Shown in pieces: positions 8,306 to 17,143 of a stretch of DNA of 64,000 nucleotides. Location: the NCBI GenBank assembly GCA_963804165.1, contig CAWDPO010000008.1:61067-125066 (forward strand), given 5' to 3'. Each line of letters opens with the position of its first letter. The stretch's first letter is position 1. Made by a program: the position numbers and the translations under genes. Below the pieces are notes generated by a model. It was not told the origin of the DNA. It did not search any database and saw only the letters and a program-made list of their open reading frames with translations. The DNA is from an uncultured delta proteobacterium (GTDB taxonomy: Bacteria; Desulfobacterota; Binatia; UBA9968).

Positions 8306-9232
8306 CTATTTTTTAACTAACGCCAAGACCTCGCGGGCGAGGCGTCTCTTATCGGCGAGAGTCGTCATGCGGATGTTCGTACAGACAGTTTTAATATTCG
8401 CCGCCGCAATGAGCTCAGCCAGGTTCCTATCTTCTTCCGCGATCAGAAATGCGTCGAGGAAATCGCTGTACCACTGCGCCACGCCGAGCGCGGACGCTTC
8501 CCGGCCGCTGGCTTTCATTAATTTATGCGCCGGACCCGAGAACGCCGTTGTGCCGATCAATGGGCTGACGCCAACGACCGCTGCGGCGGTTTCCGTCAAT
8601 GCCGAGCGAATTCCCGGCACGGCAAGAATTGGCCCGATGCTCGTGATCGGATTGCTCGGACAGATGATGATTGCTTCGGCGCGGAGAATCACCTCAAGCA
8701 CACCTGGTGTAGGATGGCTGCTCTCGACGCCATTAAATCGAATTTCTGTCACCTCACGCGACCATCGCTCTTTGACAAAAAATTCCTGAAAGGAAATTTC
8801 TCCATGCGGCGTGTCGACGCGGGTTTCAACCCGCTCGTCGGACATCGGCAAAATGATCGATTTGATCCCAAGGGCTCTGCGTATTCTGTCGGTTGCCTGC
8901 GACAGCGTCAAACCTTCATGCATGTATCGCGTGCGCGTGATATGCGTCGCCAGATCTCGATCGCCAAGCTTGAACCACGTATCGGCGCCCAAGCGGTGTA
9001 GCTGATCTAACGTGTTGAACGTGTCATCTTTGATGCCCCAGCCTTTGGCCGTATCAATCAAACCCGTCAACGTATACGTGATGGTATCGACATCAGGCGA
9101 GACGTAGAGGCCATGGAAGATCGCGTCGTCGCCCGTGTTCCCGATGATTGTCAGGTCGGCAGGATCGATTTCGGCAGCGAGCCCCTCGATTAGTTTAGCG
9201 CCGCCGGTGCCGCCGGTGAGAGCGGCGATCAT
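8306..9232 (-). CDS. cofD: 2-phospho-L-lactate transferase
   Basis: N-terminal ALTGGTGGAKL and ICPSNP motifs. 308 aa. Confidence 0.9.
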   Translation of the reverse strand: MIAALTGGTGGAKLIEGLAAEIDPADLTIIGNTGDDAIFHGLYVSPDVDTITYTLTGLIDTAKGWGIKDDTFNTLDQLHRLGADTWFKLGDRDLATHITRTRYMHEGLTLSQATDRIRRALGIKSIILPMSDERVETRVDTPHGEISFQEFFVKERWSREVTEIRFNGVESSHPTPGVLEVILRAEAIIICPSNPITSIGPILAVPGIRSALTETAAAVVGVSPLIGTTAFSGPAHKLMKASGREASALGVAQWYSDFLDAFLIAEEDRNLAELIAAANIKTVCTNIRMTTLADKRRLAREVLALVKK

Positions 9233-10449
9233 CCAGAGGGCCCTGGGGTCGATGGAGTCTTGGAGTGATGGGAGAATGTCGTCAGCGGCCCGTTGTTTCT
9301 CGCCAAGCCGTCCGGACCGGAGAGCTGCTCAACATATGGAATCAGCGATGGCGCGAGAAATTTCTCAGCACGCCGAATAAATTCCGGATAGATCGGCAGA
9401 CGCGCCTTGAGCTCGAAGCCGGCTTGCGCGCTCTTTTCCTGCAACAATCGTAGCGCCGGCCAAGGCGCTTCGGGATTGATGAAATCGGGAGTCAGCGGTG
9501 ACACGCCGCCCCAGTCGTTGATGCCCGCGTCCAAGTAAAGCTCGTAACCGTCCGGCGTTAAATTGGGCGGCGCTTGGATGTTCATTTCTCCGCCGAGTAT
9601 GAGACGGGCGAGAGCAATGGTTTTCATCATATCGTCGCGGCTGGCATCGGGATGAGCGTGCATTGGGATCGTCGACTTGGCGCGGAAATTTTGCACGATG
9701 ACTTCTTGAATGTGGGCGTAGTGACCGTGCAAATCGCGAATCGCCAGTAGCGAATCGATCCGCTCCTGCCAATTTTCGCCGATGCCGATGAGGATTCCCG
9801 TCGTGAATGGGATAGCGAGCTTGCCCGCTTCTTCGAGCGTTTTCAGCCGCACGGCGGGCGTTTTATCCGGCGCATTATCGTGCGCGGCGCCTGGCCGCAG
9901 CAATCGCTCGCTGACGCTTTCGAGCATAAGCCCCATGCTCACGTTTACTTGTTTAAGCTTTTGCAGATCGCCTTTGCCCATCACGCCTGGATTAGAATGC
10001 GGTAGGAGCTCGGTTTCCTCCAAGACGATTCGACAAGCATCGCGCAGATAATCGAGCGTGCGCTGATGACCGCGCTCGGCTAAGAATTGCTTCATCTCCG
10101 GATAGATCGCTTCCGGCTTATCGCCGAGACTGAACAGTACTTCGGTGCAGCCGAGAAGCTTGCCCTGGCGCACCACTCGAAGCACGTCGTCCAACGTCAT
10201 CGTCTTCGCGCCAGGCTCATCCGGCGCTTTGCGAAACGTGCAGTAGCCGCAGAAGTCGCGGCACAGATTGGTCAGAGGTACGAAGACTTTTGGCGAGAAC
10301 GTGACGACTCGCCCTTTGTGATGATCTCGCACACGTGCCGCCGTGGTGATCAAAGCTTGCAGCTCGTCGCCACTCAAAGCGGCGAGCCGGTGCGCTTCCG
10401 TGCGATTCGGCAATTTGCCTTGCAGGCAGTCTTTCAAGATTTGCAGCAT
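9229..10449 (-). CDS. cofG: FO synthase subunit 1 (radical SAM), with a ~40-aa C-terminal extension
   Basis: CRDFCGYCTF radical-SAM cluster in the CofG-type context VFVPLTNLC. 4-nt overlap (ATGA) with cofD. Confidence 0.85.
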   Translation of the reverse strand: MLQILKDCLQGKLPNRTEAHRLAALSGDELQALITTAARVRDHHKGRVVTFSPKVFVPLTNLCRDFCGYCTFRKAPDEPGAKTMTLDDVLRVVRQGKLLGCTEVLFSLGDKPEAIYPEMKQFLAERGHQRTLDYLRDACRIVLEETELLPHSNPGVMGKGDLQKLKQVNVSMGLMLESVSERLLRPGAAHDNAPDKTPAVRLKTLEEAGKLAIPFTTGILIGIGENWQERIDSLLAIRDLHGHYAHIQEVIVQNFRAKSTIPMHAHPDASRDDMMKTIALARLILGGEMNIQAPPNLTPDGYELYLDAGINDWGGVSPLTPDFINPEAPWPALRLLQEKSAQAGFELKARLPIYPEFIRRAEKFLAPSLIPYVEQLSGPDGLARNNGPLTTFSHHSKTPSTPGPSG

Positions 10450-10517
10450 CTGCTTGCTTGCATATCGAATCGGTCGGCCAGTTTCAAATCACGACTGCTG
10501 CGGATCGCCAAGGGCGC

Positions 10518-10534
10518 CTCTTAAGATTTCCAGT
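10518..10534. repeat. left copy of the IS target-site duplication (CTCTTAAGATTTCCAGT)
   Basis: Identical 17-mer at 11881-11897, directly abutting both IS ends. Confidence 0.8.
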
Positions 10535-11880
10535 GTCGTAGCAACGTCAATATGTCATGTTAACAGCAACGTAAAAATGTCAGGGTGACACCTCAGGTTG
10601 AATGGCCAGCATAGAAAGCGGACCATAGCGGAACCCCTCCTTTTTGCCGTTCGTTCGATATAGGCCAATTGTGTGCGTTGTTTTTGAATCGAAGGTTGCG
10701 ATTTTCTCGGTCTTGTAGAAAAACTCCACCGCGCCATCGAAAGCACGATGCACATCGATTCTCTTGTTGGCATGAGAGCGAAAGGGCGATGTCTTAGGGA
10801 TCTGCAAGACCGTCCCTTCGAAAGTCACCGTGTTGTCCTTAGCCACCGTACGCTGTTGTTTGAAACACAAAGCCCGTTCGATCTGAAGAGCACTGACTTT
10901 TCTCCAGGCCGGCTGTGCTTTAGCGGGCTTAGCAAATTACGGTTATGCACGGGGAGATAACGATCCAGGACGACGGTTGCCTGTTCCATGGTCTTGGCCT
11001 TGGCCAGCCGCAGCTCACTGACCAGCCGGTCCTGGAAAGTGTTCCACAGTCTCTCGATTCTGCCCTTGGCCTGAGGGGAATGGGCTAGGATCAAGGTCAC
11101 CCCGAGCTCTTCTAAGCCTCGGCCGACTTCGGTGGTGGGTTTTCTGTTGATCAACTGCTCCTCTAACGTCGGTTCCCGGTCGGTCCAGAATACCGAGTGA
11201 CAGTCGGTATAGATCGACTGGGACACTCCATGCTGCTTGAAGATCTCGGAGAACAGATGGAAGTAACCCCAGGAGCTCTCGGCCTGGGCAAAAAAAGCTC
11301 CCATCACTTTGCTCGTGGCATCGTCGATGGCGCCGATCAGACACAGACGCGGCCCTCGGCCTTGGAGCCAGTCATGCGGGGAGCCATCGACCTGGAGCAT
11401 CATCCCTTCACTGGCCCGTCTTTCTCGGCGGCTTCGGTGCTTGATCCCGCGGCGCTTCTTGGGTGAGGCGATCCCGTGGGCACGAAGGATACGGCGCACT
11501 TTCTCACGGCTGAGCTCGATCTGTTCTTGTTCTTTGAGCTTCTCGGTCAGATGATGATCGTTGAAGTCTTTGTATTTACCTCGGGCTAATTCCACGACCG
11601 TTTGACCGTCTTCTCCTTGATCTTGCGTTTACACCGCCGTCCGCGGTTGCCGTGAACCACTCCCTTGGCTCCGGCCTTACCGACCCGTGCTTTGATCCGG
11701 TAACACTGCCGTTCGCTTACTCCCATCACCAGTGCGGCTTGCACCACGGTCAGCTCGCTTCGATACACTCGTTGTATTACGTCTAGTCGCTTCTCGTCTT
11801 GCATTGTCAGGGTTGTCATCCTCCCACCCTGACATAATTACGTTGCCGTTAGCCCCTGACATAATCACTTTGCTACTACA
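10535..11880 (-). mobile_element. insertion sequence, ISNCY / IS1202-group-like, ~1.35 kb
   Basis: Imperfect ~55-bp terminal inverted repeats: TGTCGTAGCAACGTCAATATGTCA...AATGTCAGGGTG versus the reverse complement TGTAGTAGCAAAGTGATTATGTCA...TTATGTCAGGGTG. Flanked by a 16-17 bp direct repeat. Encodes one HTH + DDE(rve) transposase. Confidence 0.8.
10580..11819 (-). pseudogene. IS transposase read through two -1 frame breaks (ORFs 11586-11819, 10825-11595, 10580-10870)
   Basis: N-terminal HTH (LTVVQAALVMGVSERQCYRIK..HGNRGR). rve core (DGSPHDWL..LIGAIDDATSKV..YTDCHSVF). C-terminal part (FAKPAKAQPAWRKVSALQIERALCFKQQRTVAKDNTVTFEG). The breaks are near 11590 and 10936, the latter at a short A/T run. 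No slippery heptamer is present. Confidence 0.75.
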
Positions 11881-11897
11881 CTCTTAAGATTTCCAGT
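11881..11897. repeat. right copy of the IS target-site duplication
   Basis: CTCTTAAGATTTCCAGT, identical to 10518-10534. Confidence 0.8.
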
Positions 11898-11945
11898 TGC
11901 CCGAAAGACTTTCGCTATGGTAGGTCTTGAGCGACTATCGATAAG

Positions 11946-13184
11946 ATGTCGCCGCTAGCAGACAACGACCCGGAGGATAGTGTGATGGACAATTTGGATA
12001 ACGTTCTCGTCATCGACGCCGACGGCCATGTTTACGAAGGCAACGTCGATTTATCGCCTCGCATGCCTGAAAAGTGGCGCTCCCAGGCGCCGGTGCGATT
12101 AAAAGACAACGAAGGCAATTCGCGAATCCTGTTGGAAGGCCGCTTGTGGTCTGCTTCGCAAGGGCTTGCTCCCGGTGTGTCAGGTCCCATGACGGAAAAA
12201 GCGCGCGGCTATCGCGCCGGCATGGTCGATCCTGTCGCTCGGCTCAAAGACATGGACGAGGAAGGCATCGACGTCGCAATTTTGTTCGGTACCCAGATCG
12301 CGCTCACGGTCAACGGTTTAATGCACAAGGAATTGGCCGCTGTGCTGTGCCGCGCGGTGAACGAGTGGCTGGTTGAATACTGTTCCGCGGATCCCAAGCG
12401 TCTGCTCGCGGTCGGCTTGGTTCCCTGCCAAGATCCGCCGGCAGCGGTTAAAGAATTGGAGTATCTCAAGAAGGTTGGCGCGATTACGGCGATGCTGCCG
12501 ACCAACGTTTACGGCTTGAATAACATGGGCGATCGCATGTTCGACCCGATTTATGAATGCGCTCAGGCGATCGAAATGCCGCTGAGCGTACATCCGCAAA
12601 CCGGCCACGACGGGGTGCTCGGTGTCTCGGGCGTCATGGGCGCCGGCAGCGAGCGCTTTCGTAAATACGCCTACGTCCACATGACCGCGTTTCCATTCGA
12701 ATTGATGATTGCCATGATGCACATGATCGGCGAAGGCGTGTTCGATCGCTACCCGGGATTGCGCGTCGGCTTCATGGAAGGCGGCGCCGGTTGGTTGCCA
12801 TTTTGGGCCGAGCGATTCGACGAGCATATCGAAAAGCTCGCGCCGCAGATGCCCGAGCTGCAACGTCGGCCGAGCGACATCATCCGTGGCGAACAGATCA
12901 CGTTAACCTGTGAATCAGAAGAAACCGGCCTCGACCGCGTATTCGCAGCCAATGGCGAGAACACCGTGATGTATGCTTCGGACTATTGCCACTGGGATTG
13001 CCACTTCCCTTATTCGGTCAAAGACGTTGTCGACGGCAAAGAGCTTTCCTTCGCCCAGAAGGAAAAGTTGCTGAACAAGACGGCCATCGAATTCTTTAAG
13101 CTCAAGAATCTGCCCCAAGCTAACGCGCTTAAGTTCGCGCGCCGGAGCTGGGAAAACGGCAAGGCGAAAGCAGCCAACGAGTAA
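11946..13184 (+). CDS. amidohydrolase family 2
   Basis: VIDADGHVYEG near the N-terminus and YASDYCHWD near the C-terminus (PF04909 pattern). Confidence 0.85.
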   Translation: MSPLADNDPEDSVMDNLDNVLVIDADGHVYEGNVDLSPRMPEKWRSQAPVRLKDNEGNSRILLEGRLWSASQGLAPGVSGPMTEKARGYRAGMVDPVARLKDMDEEGIDVAILFGTQIALTVNGLMHKELAAVLCRAVNEWLVEYCSADPKRLLAVGLVPCQDPPAAVKELEYLKKVGAITAMLPTNVYGLNNMGDRMFDPIYECAQAIEMPLSVHPQTGHDGVLGVSGVMGAGSERFRKYAYVHMTAFPFELMIAMMHMIGEGVFDRYPGLRVGFMEGGAGWLPFWAERFDEHIEKLAPQMPELQRRPSDIIRGEQITLTCESEETGLDRVFAANGENTVMYASDYCHWDCHFPYSVKDVVDGKELSFAQKEKLLNKTAIEFFKLKNLPQANALKFARRSWENGKAKAANE

Positions 13185-13195
13185 GGAGCGAAAGA

Positions 13196-14131
13196 ATGAA
13201 GCTGGGAATACTCGCCTTCATCTTCTTTATTTGCTCCGTTTCTGCACAGGCCGCGGAGACTCCGTACAAAATAAGAATAGGCTTTCCCTCCCTGGCATTT
13301 TCCTACATGCCATTCTACGTGGCGCAGGAAAAAGGCATCTATAAAAAATATGGCATCGAGTCTGAATATATTCAGATGGGCACCACGATTCAGCCCCAGG
13401 CTGTGGTTGGCGGTAACATCAATTACTTCACCTCGGTCTCGACCGGAATTTCCGCCGCGGTGGCCGGACTGCCTTTAGTCATCGTCATCAACTTTTGCGA
13501 CAGTTCGCCATGGGTGTTGGTCACGCACAAGGACATCAACAAGCCGCAAGATCTGATCGGTAAAACCGTCGCACTCTCCGGGATTCGGACGTCGCCATAC
13601 TATTTCTTTCAGGCATTTTTAAAAAAATCCGAAATCAACGAGAAGGACGTGAGCACCATCAGTACAGGCGGTACGGCGGATAGTTTTCGCGCGTTGACAA
13701 CCAACCGTGTTGTCGGCACCGTCTTGACGCCGCCGTTCGACGACAAGGCGGTGTCGTTGGGTTATAAGAAATTCATGCAGCTCGGCGATCTGGCAGACAT
13801 CCCTTACGTTGGATTGGTAACGTCGCAAAATGAAATCAAAAACAATCGCGAGTCGGTGCGCCGAACGGTGATGGCAGTTACGGAATCGTTGGCCTGGCTG
13901 CGCGCCAACCGCGCTGAGAGCGCGAAGATGATCGTCGACAAGTTCAAAGTGAACCAATTGGAAGCGGAAAATACTTACGCAACGTTAATCCGGCTCTTGA
14001 ATAAAGACAGCCGGCTCAATCCCAAGGTCGCGCGCGGTTATCTCGATATTCTCCGTCAGGAACGATCGATCCCGGCAGATTTCGATCTGGCAAAAATCGT
14101 CGACTTCTCGTTCCTGCCGGGAAATCGGTAA
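13196..14131 (+). CDS. ABC-type substrate-binding protein, NMT1/THI5 (SsuA/TauA-like) family
   Basis: AAGGAG RBS and signal peptide. Typical RIGFPSLAFSYMPFYVA start of NMT1-like binding proteins. Confidence 0.8.
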   Translation: MKLGILAFIFFICSVSAQAAETPYKIRIGFPSLAFSYMPFYVAQEKGIYKKYGIESEYIQMGTTIQPQAVVGGNINYFTSVSTGISAAVAGLPLVIVINFCDSSPWVLVTHKDINKPQDLIGKTVALSGIRTSPYYFFQAFLKKSEINEKDVSTISTGGTADSFRALTTNRVVGTVLTPPFDDKAVSLGYKKFMQLGDLADIPYVGLVTSQNEIKNNRESVRRTVMAVTESLAWLRANRAESAKMIVDKFKVNQLEAENTYATLIRLLNKDSRLNPKVARGYLDILRQERSIPADFDLAKIVDFSFLPGNR

Positions 14132-14141
14132 GCACCAGCCC

Positions 14142-14801
14142 GTGGAGCGAATGAGATTCCTGTTGATTGTTAAATTTCTGGTCGTTTTAGTTTTATTTTT
14201 CGTATCGGCCGGGAGCAGTCATTCGCAGACGCGTCGGCACATCAAAGTGGTTTTGGAAACCAAACAGTCCGGCACGAGTAACCAGGAGATCGTGCAAGGG
14301 TCTGGCGGCGTCGTCATTCGCCGCGGCACGGTAAACCCTTCCGGGAGAATTGTCGCGAACGACCGCCAGATAACCGTACGGCGCTCGAGCGGTATCTTCA
14401 CTCTGGTGCTCGACGGCAGCGAATCTATTCTCACCGTGGCGACGCGGGTGCCCCAGAGCCAAACCGGCTATTTTTACAATTACGCCCTCGGCGTGGGCTA
14501 CATCGAACAACGAATCGTCTTCAATGACGTCGGCACTTCGCTTCGGGTAAACGCTGCGACGCTGGCGGACGGACAGATAAAATTACGCCTGACGCCTCGA
14601 ATCAGCTACTTCTCAACGGAACGTCCCGGCGCCATCGATTTCACCGAAGCCGCGACCGAACTGATCGTGCCCAACGGCCAAGCGGTCTCGTTGGGGGGTG
14701 CGACGACCAAGCTGCACGAGATTACGCGCCAAATCCTCGGCTACCGCGAGCGCGCGAGCAGCGATGAAATCAGCCTTGTCGTAACAGCGACCTTGCAATA
14801 A
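14142..14801 (+). CDS. secreted hypothetical protein with a secretin-like C-terminal motif
   Basis: Strong signal peptide. The beta-rich sequence ELIVPNGQAVSLGGATT...SLVVTATLQ resembles the end of secretin domains, but the protein is only 219 aa. Confidence 0.45.
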   Translation: MERMRFLLIVKFLVVLVLFFVSAGSSHSQTRRHIKVVLETKQSGTSNQEIVQGSGGVVIRRGTVNPSGRIVANDRQITVRRSSGIFTLVLDGSESILTVATRVPQSQTGYFYNYALGVGYIEQRIVFNDVGTSLRVNAATLADGQIKLRLTPRISYFSTERPGAIDFTEAATELIVPNGQAVSLGGATTKLHEITRQILGYRERASSDEISLVVTATLQ

Positions 14802-14847
14802 TTGCGAGCTTTCGCTTACAGATTCTCCGCCAGTTGCCGCCCAACCG

Positions 14848-15928
14848 ATGACGAATAAAAAACAATTATTCTTGTCCCCGTGGTTTTACTGTTCGCTGGC
14901 ATCGCTTTTGCCCAATCGAAGGAGGAAAAACTGCGGGTCGCGACTCGGCTGATTCGACCTTTCGTCTATGAACAACAGGGGCAGCTCACCGGCTTCAGCG
15001 TCGAGCTCTGGCAGGAAATTGCCAAGCAATTGAACGCGCAGTCCGAATTTATCGTCAAGCCGACGGTCAAAGAATTGCTCGATGCAGTCAAGTCGAAGAA
15101 CGTGGCTCTCGGCATCGCGGCGATTTCGATCACAGCCGATCGGGAAGTGGAGTTGGACTTTTCCCAGCCGATGTTCGATGCCGGGTTGCAAATCCTGACT
15201 CCCGTTCAAGGGAGCCGTGGCGCCTTTGTCGAAGCGATCATGGCTAATTTATTGTCAACCACCGTCCTGCTCTATGTTTTGGGAGTAGCCCTTATTCTTC
15301 TCATGATGGCGCATTTGGTGTGGTTTTTTGAGCAGCGCAATTCCACCGGCATGCTGACTCATCGAGAGTATTTCCCGGGCATCTGCGAGGTGTGCTGGTG
15401 GGCCGCTTCGACGTGGCTACCCAGGCCGATCAAATGCCGCGCGCGGCGATGGCGCGGATCGTCGCCGTCATCTGGATGTTCATGAGCGTCATCTTCATCG
15501 CGTACTTTACTGCGGCGGTCACTTCTTCTCTGACTGTGCAACAATTGCGCGCTAATATTAACGGCCCCGAGGATCTTCCCGGCAAACGCGTCGCCAGCAT
15601 AAAGGGCAGCACATCCGTGGAGTATTTGCGGCAGCATAGCTTTGAGCCAGTAGAACTTACCAGGATGGAAGAAGCGTATCAGGCGATTCAGGACGGCCAC
15701 GTCGACGCCATAGTCTACGACGCGTCGGTGTTGCTCTTTTACGCGGCGCACGAGGGCAAGGGCAAAGTTCAAACGGTTGGGGCGATCTTTCGTAATGAAA
15801 ATTACGGCATCGTTTTTCCGTCCAACAGCCCGTACCGAAAACCGGTCAACGAAGCGTTACTGAAGCTCAAAGAAAACGGCGTTTACGATCAGCTGTATAC
15901 GAAATGGTTCCGCAGCAACGGCTCATAA
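14848..15928 (+). pseudogene. periplasmic binding protein / ion-channel fusion (prokaryotic iGluR or GluR0-like), interrupted by two 1-nt deletions
   Basis: The ATG at 14848 gives MTNKKQLFLSP, then a frame break in a C4 run joins to VVLLFAGIAFAQ, forming a signal peptide. SBP_bac_3 lobe 1 follows, then TM1, a pore loop, TM2 (ARIVAVIWMFMSVIFIAYFTAAVTSSLTV) and lobe 2. The second break is near 15406 inside the pore helix (ORFs 14880-15485 and 15392-15928). Confidence 0.7.
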
Positions 15929-16048
15929 TTTTCGGTTCCAGGGTTCTAGTTCCTAATTCACCGGAAACTAGAGACTTGAAACTAGAAACTCTTGACAAAA
16001 TCGCCTTGTCTTGATGACCTGAGTATCGACCTGAAGGAGGACATAGCC

Positions 16049-17143
16049 ATGTCGTTTAACGGCCATACGATTGTCGACGCCGACGGTCACGTGATCGAAG
16101 ACTGTCAAGCAATCATCGACTACATGCCCCAGCCCTATCGCGATAAGTACGAGACCCATAGTTTTTTTAATCCGTTTCCGCCGCTCGATCACCTGCACTC
16201 GTCGAACTTGCATGATTTCCAGCCCGGGGCGTTTAATAAAGTGGGGCCCGATGGCTGGGTCGATTTTTTAGAAGACGTTGGCATCGAGATGACCGTTCTC
16301 TACACGACTCTCGGCCTCGCCTTCGGCAAGATCGTCAGCCGCGATTGGGCGATCGACGTGGCGCGTGCCTACAACGATTGGCTTTACAACACCTATATGA
16401 AGCGCAGCTCGCGATTTAAGGCAATGGGGTTGATCGCGCTGCAAGAACCCACAGCCGCGGTGGAAGAACTTAGAAGGATCGTCAAAGAACTCGGCATGTG
16501 CGGGGCGATGCTGCCGTCGACCGGCATCCAAGCCAATCTCGGCGATCAGCGCTATTGGCCGATTTATGAGGAGGCGAACCGGCTTGGCTGCGCCATAGCG
16601 GTGCACGGCGGCGCTCATGAAAATCTCGGATTGGACGATCTCACTCCTTACGCGCCGGTTCATTCTCTGGGACATCCTTTCGGCCAGATGATCTCGTTCG
16701 GCGGCATGATATTTAACGGAATTTTTGAAAAATTTCCCAACGTCAAATTTGGCTTTATGGAAGGCGGCGTCGCGTGGTTTCTCGTCTGCCTGGAACGCTT
16801 CGATCGTTCATGGGAAACCCATATTCAGCATGATCCGCGCAAGCGTTTTCTCGAGCTCCGACCCAAGGAAAAAGTCAGCGAATATATCGCCCGCCACATC
16901 GACGCCGGGCGGATCTTCGTCGGGTGCGAAGGCGAAGAACCGGACATCGCGCACGCGATTAAGAGAATCGGCAACAAACCCTGGGTCTACTCGAGCGACT
17001 ACCCGCACGAAGTCAATAACGAGTTTTGCAAGCACGAGATCAACGAATTTCTCGAAAACCAAGAGATCAGCAGCGCCGACAAGGCGGCGTTTCTACACGG
17101 CAACGCGCGGCGGTTTTACAATCTCGGAGCGGCGGGACTATGA
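16049..17143 (+). CDS. amidohydrolase family 2
   Basis: The ATG at 16049 follows GAAGGAGG. IVDADGHVIED and YSSDYPHE motifs are present. Confidence 0.85.
   Translation: MSFNGHTIVDADGHVIEDCQAIIDYMPQPYRDKYETHSFFNPFPPLDHLHSSNLHDFQPGAFNKVGPDGWVDFLEDVGIEMTVLYTTLGLAFGKIVSRDWAIDVARAYNDWLYNTYMKRSSRFKAMGLIALQEPTAAVEELRRIVKELGMCGAMLPSTGIQANLGDQRYWPIYEEANRLGCAIAVHGGAHENLGLDDLTPYAPVHSLGHPFGQMISFGGMIFNGIFEKFPNVKFGFMEGGVAWFLVCLERFDRSWETHIQHDPRKRFLELRPKEKVSEYIARHIDAGRIFVGCEGEEPDIAHAIKRIGNKPWVYSSDYPHEVNNEFCKHEINEFLENQEISSADKAAFLHGNARRFYNLGAAGL

Noticed and set aside
8154-8789. 211-aa plus-strand ORF opposite cofC/cofD, and 10087-10524 opposite cofG.
   Set aside because: Both are antisense to tightly packed, clearly homologous F420 genes.
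10825-11595. Programmed -1 ribosomal frameshifting in the IS transposase.
   Set aside because: There is no slippery heptamer or downstream structure at either break. Two breaks would be needed. Both are at short mononucleotide runs, like other indels in the window.
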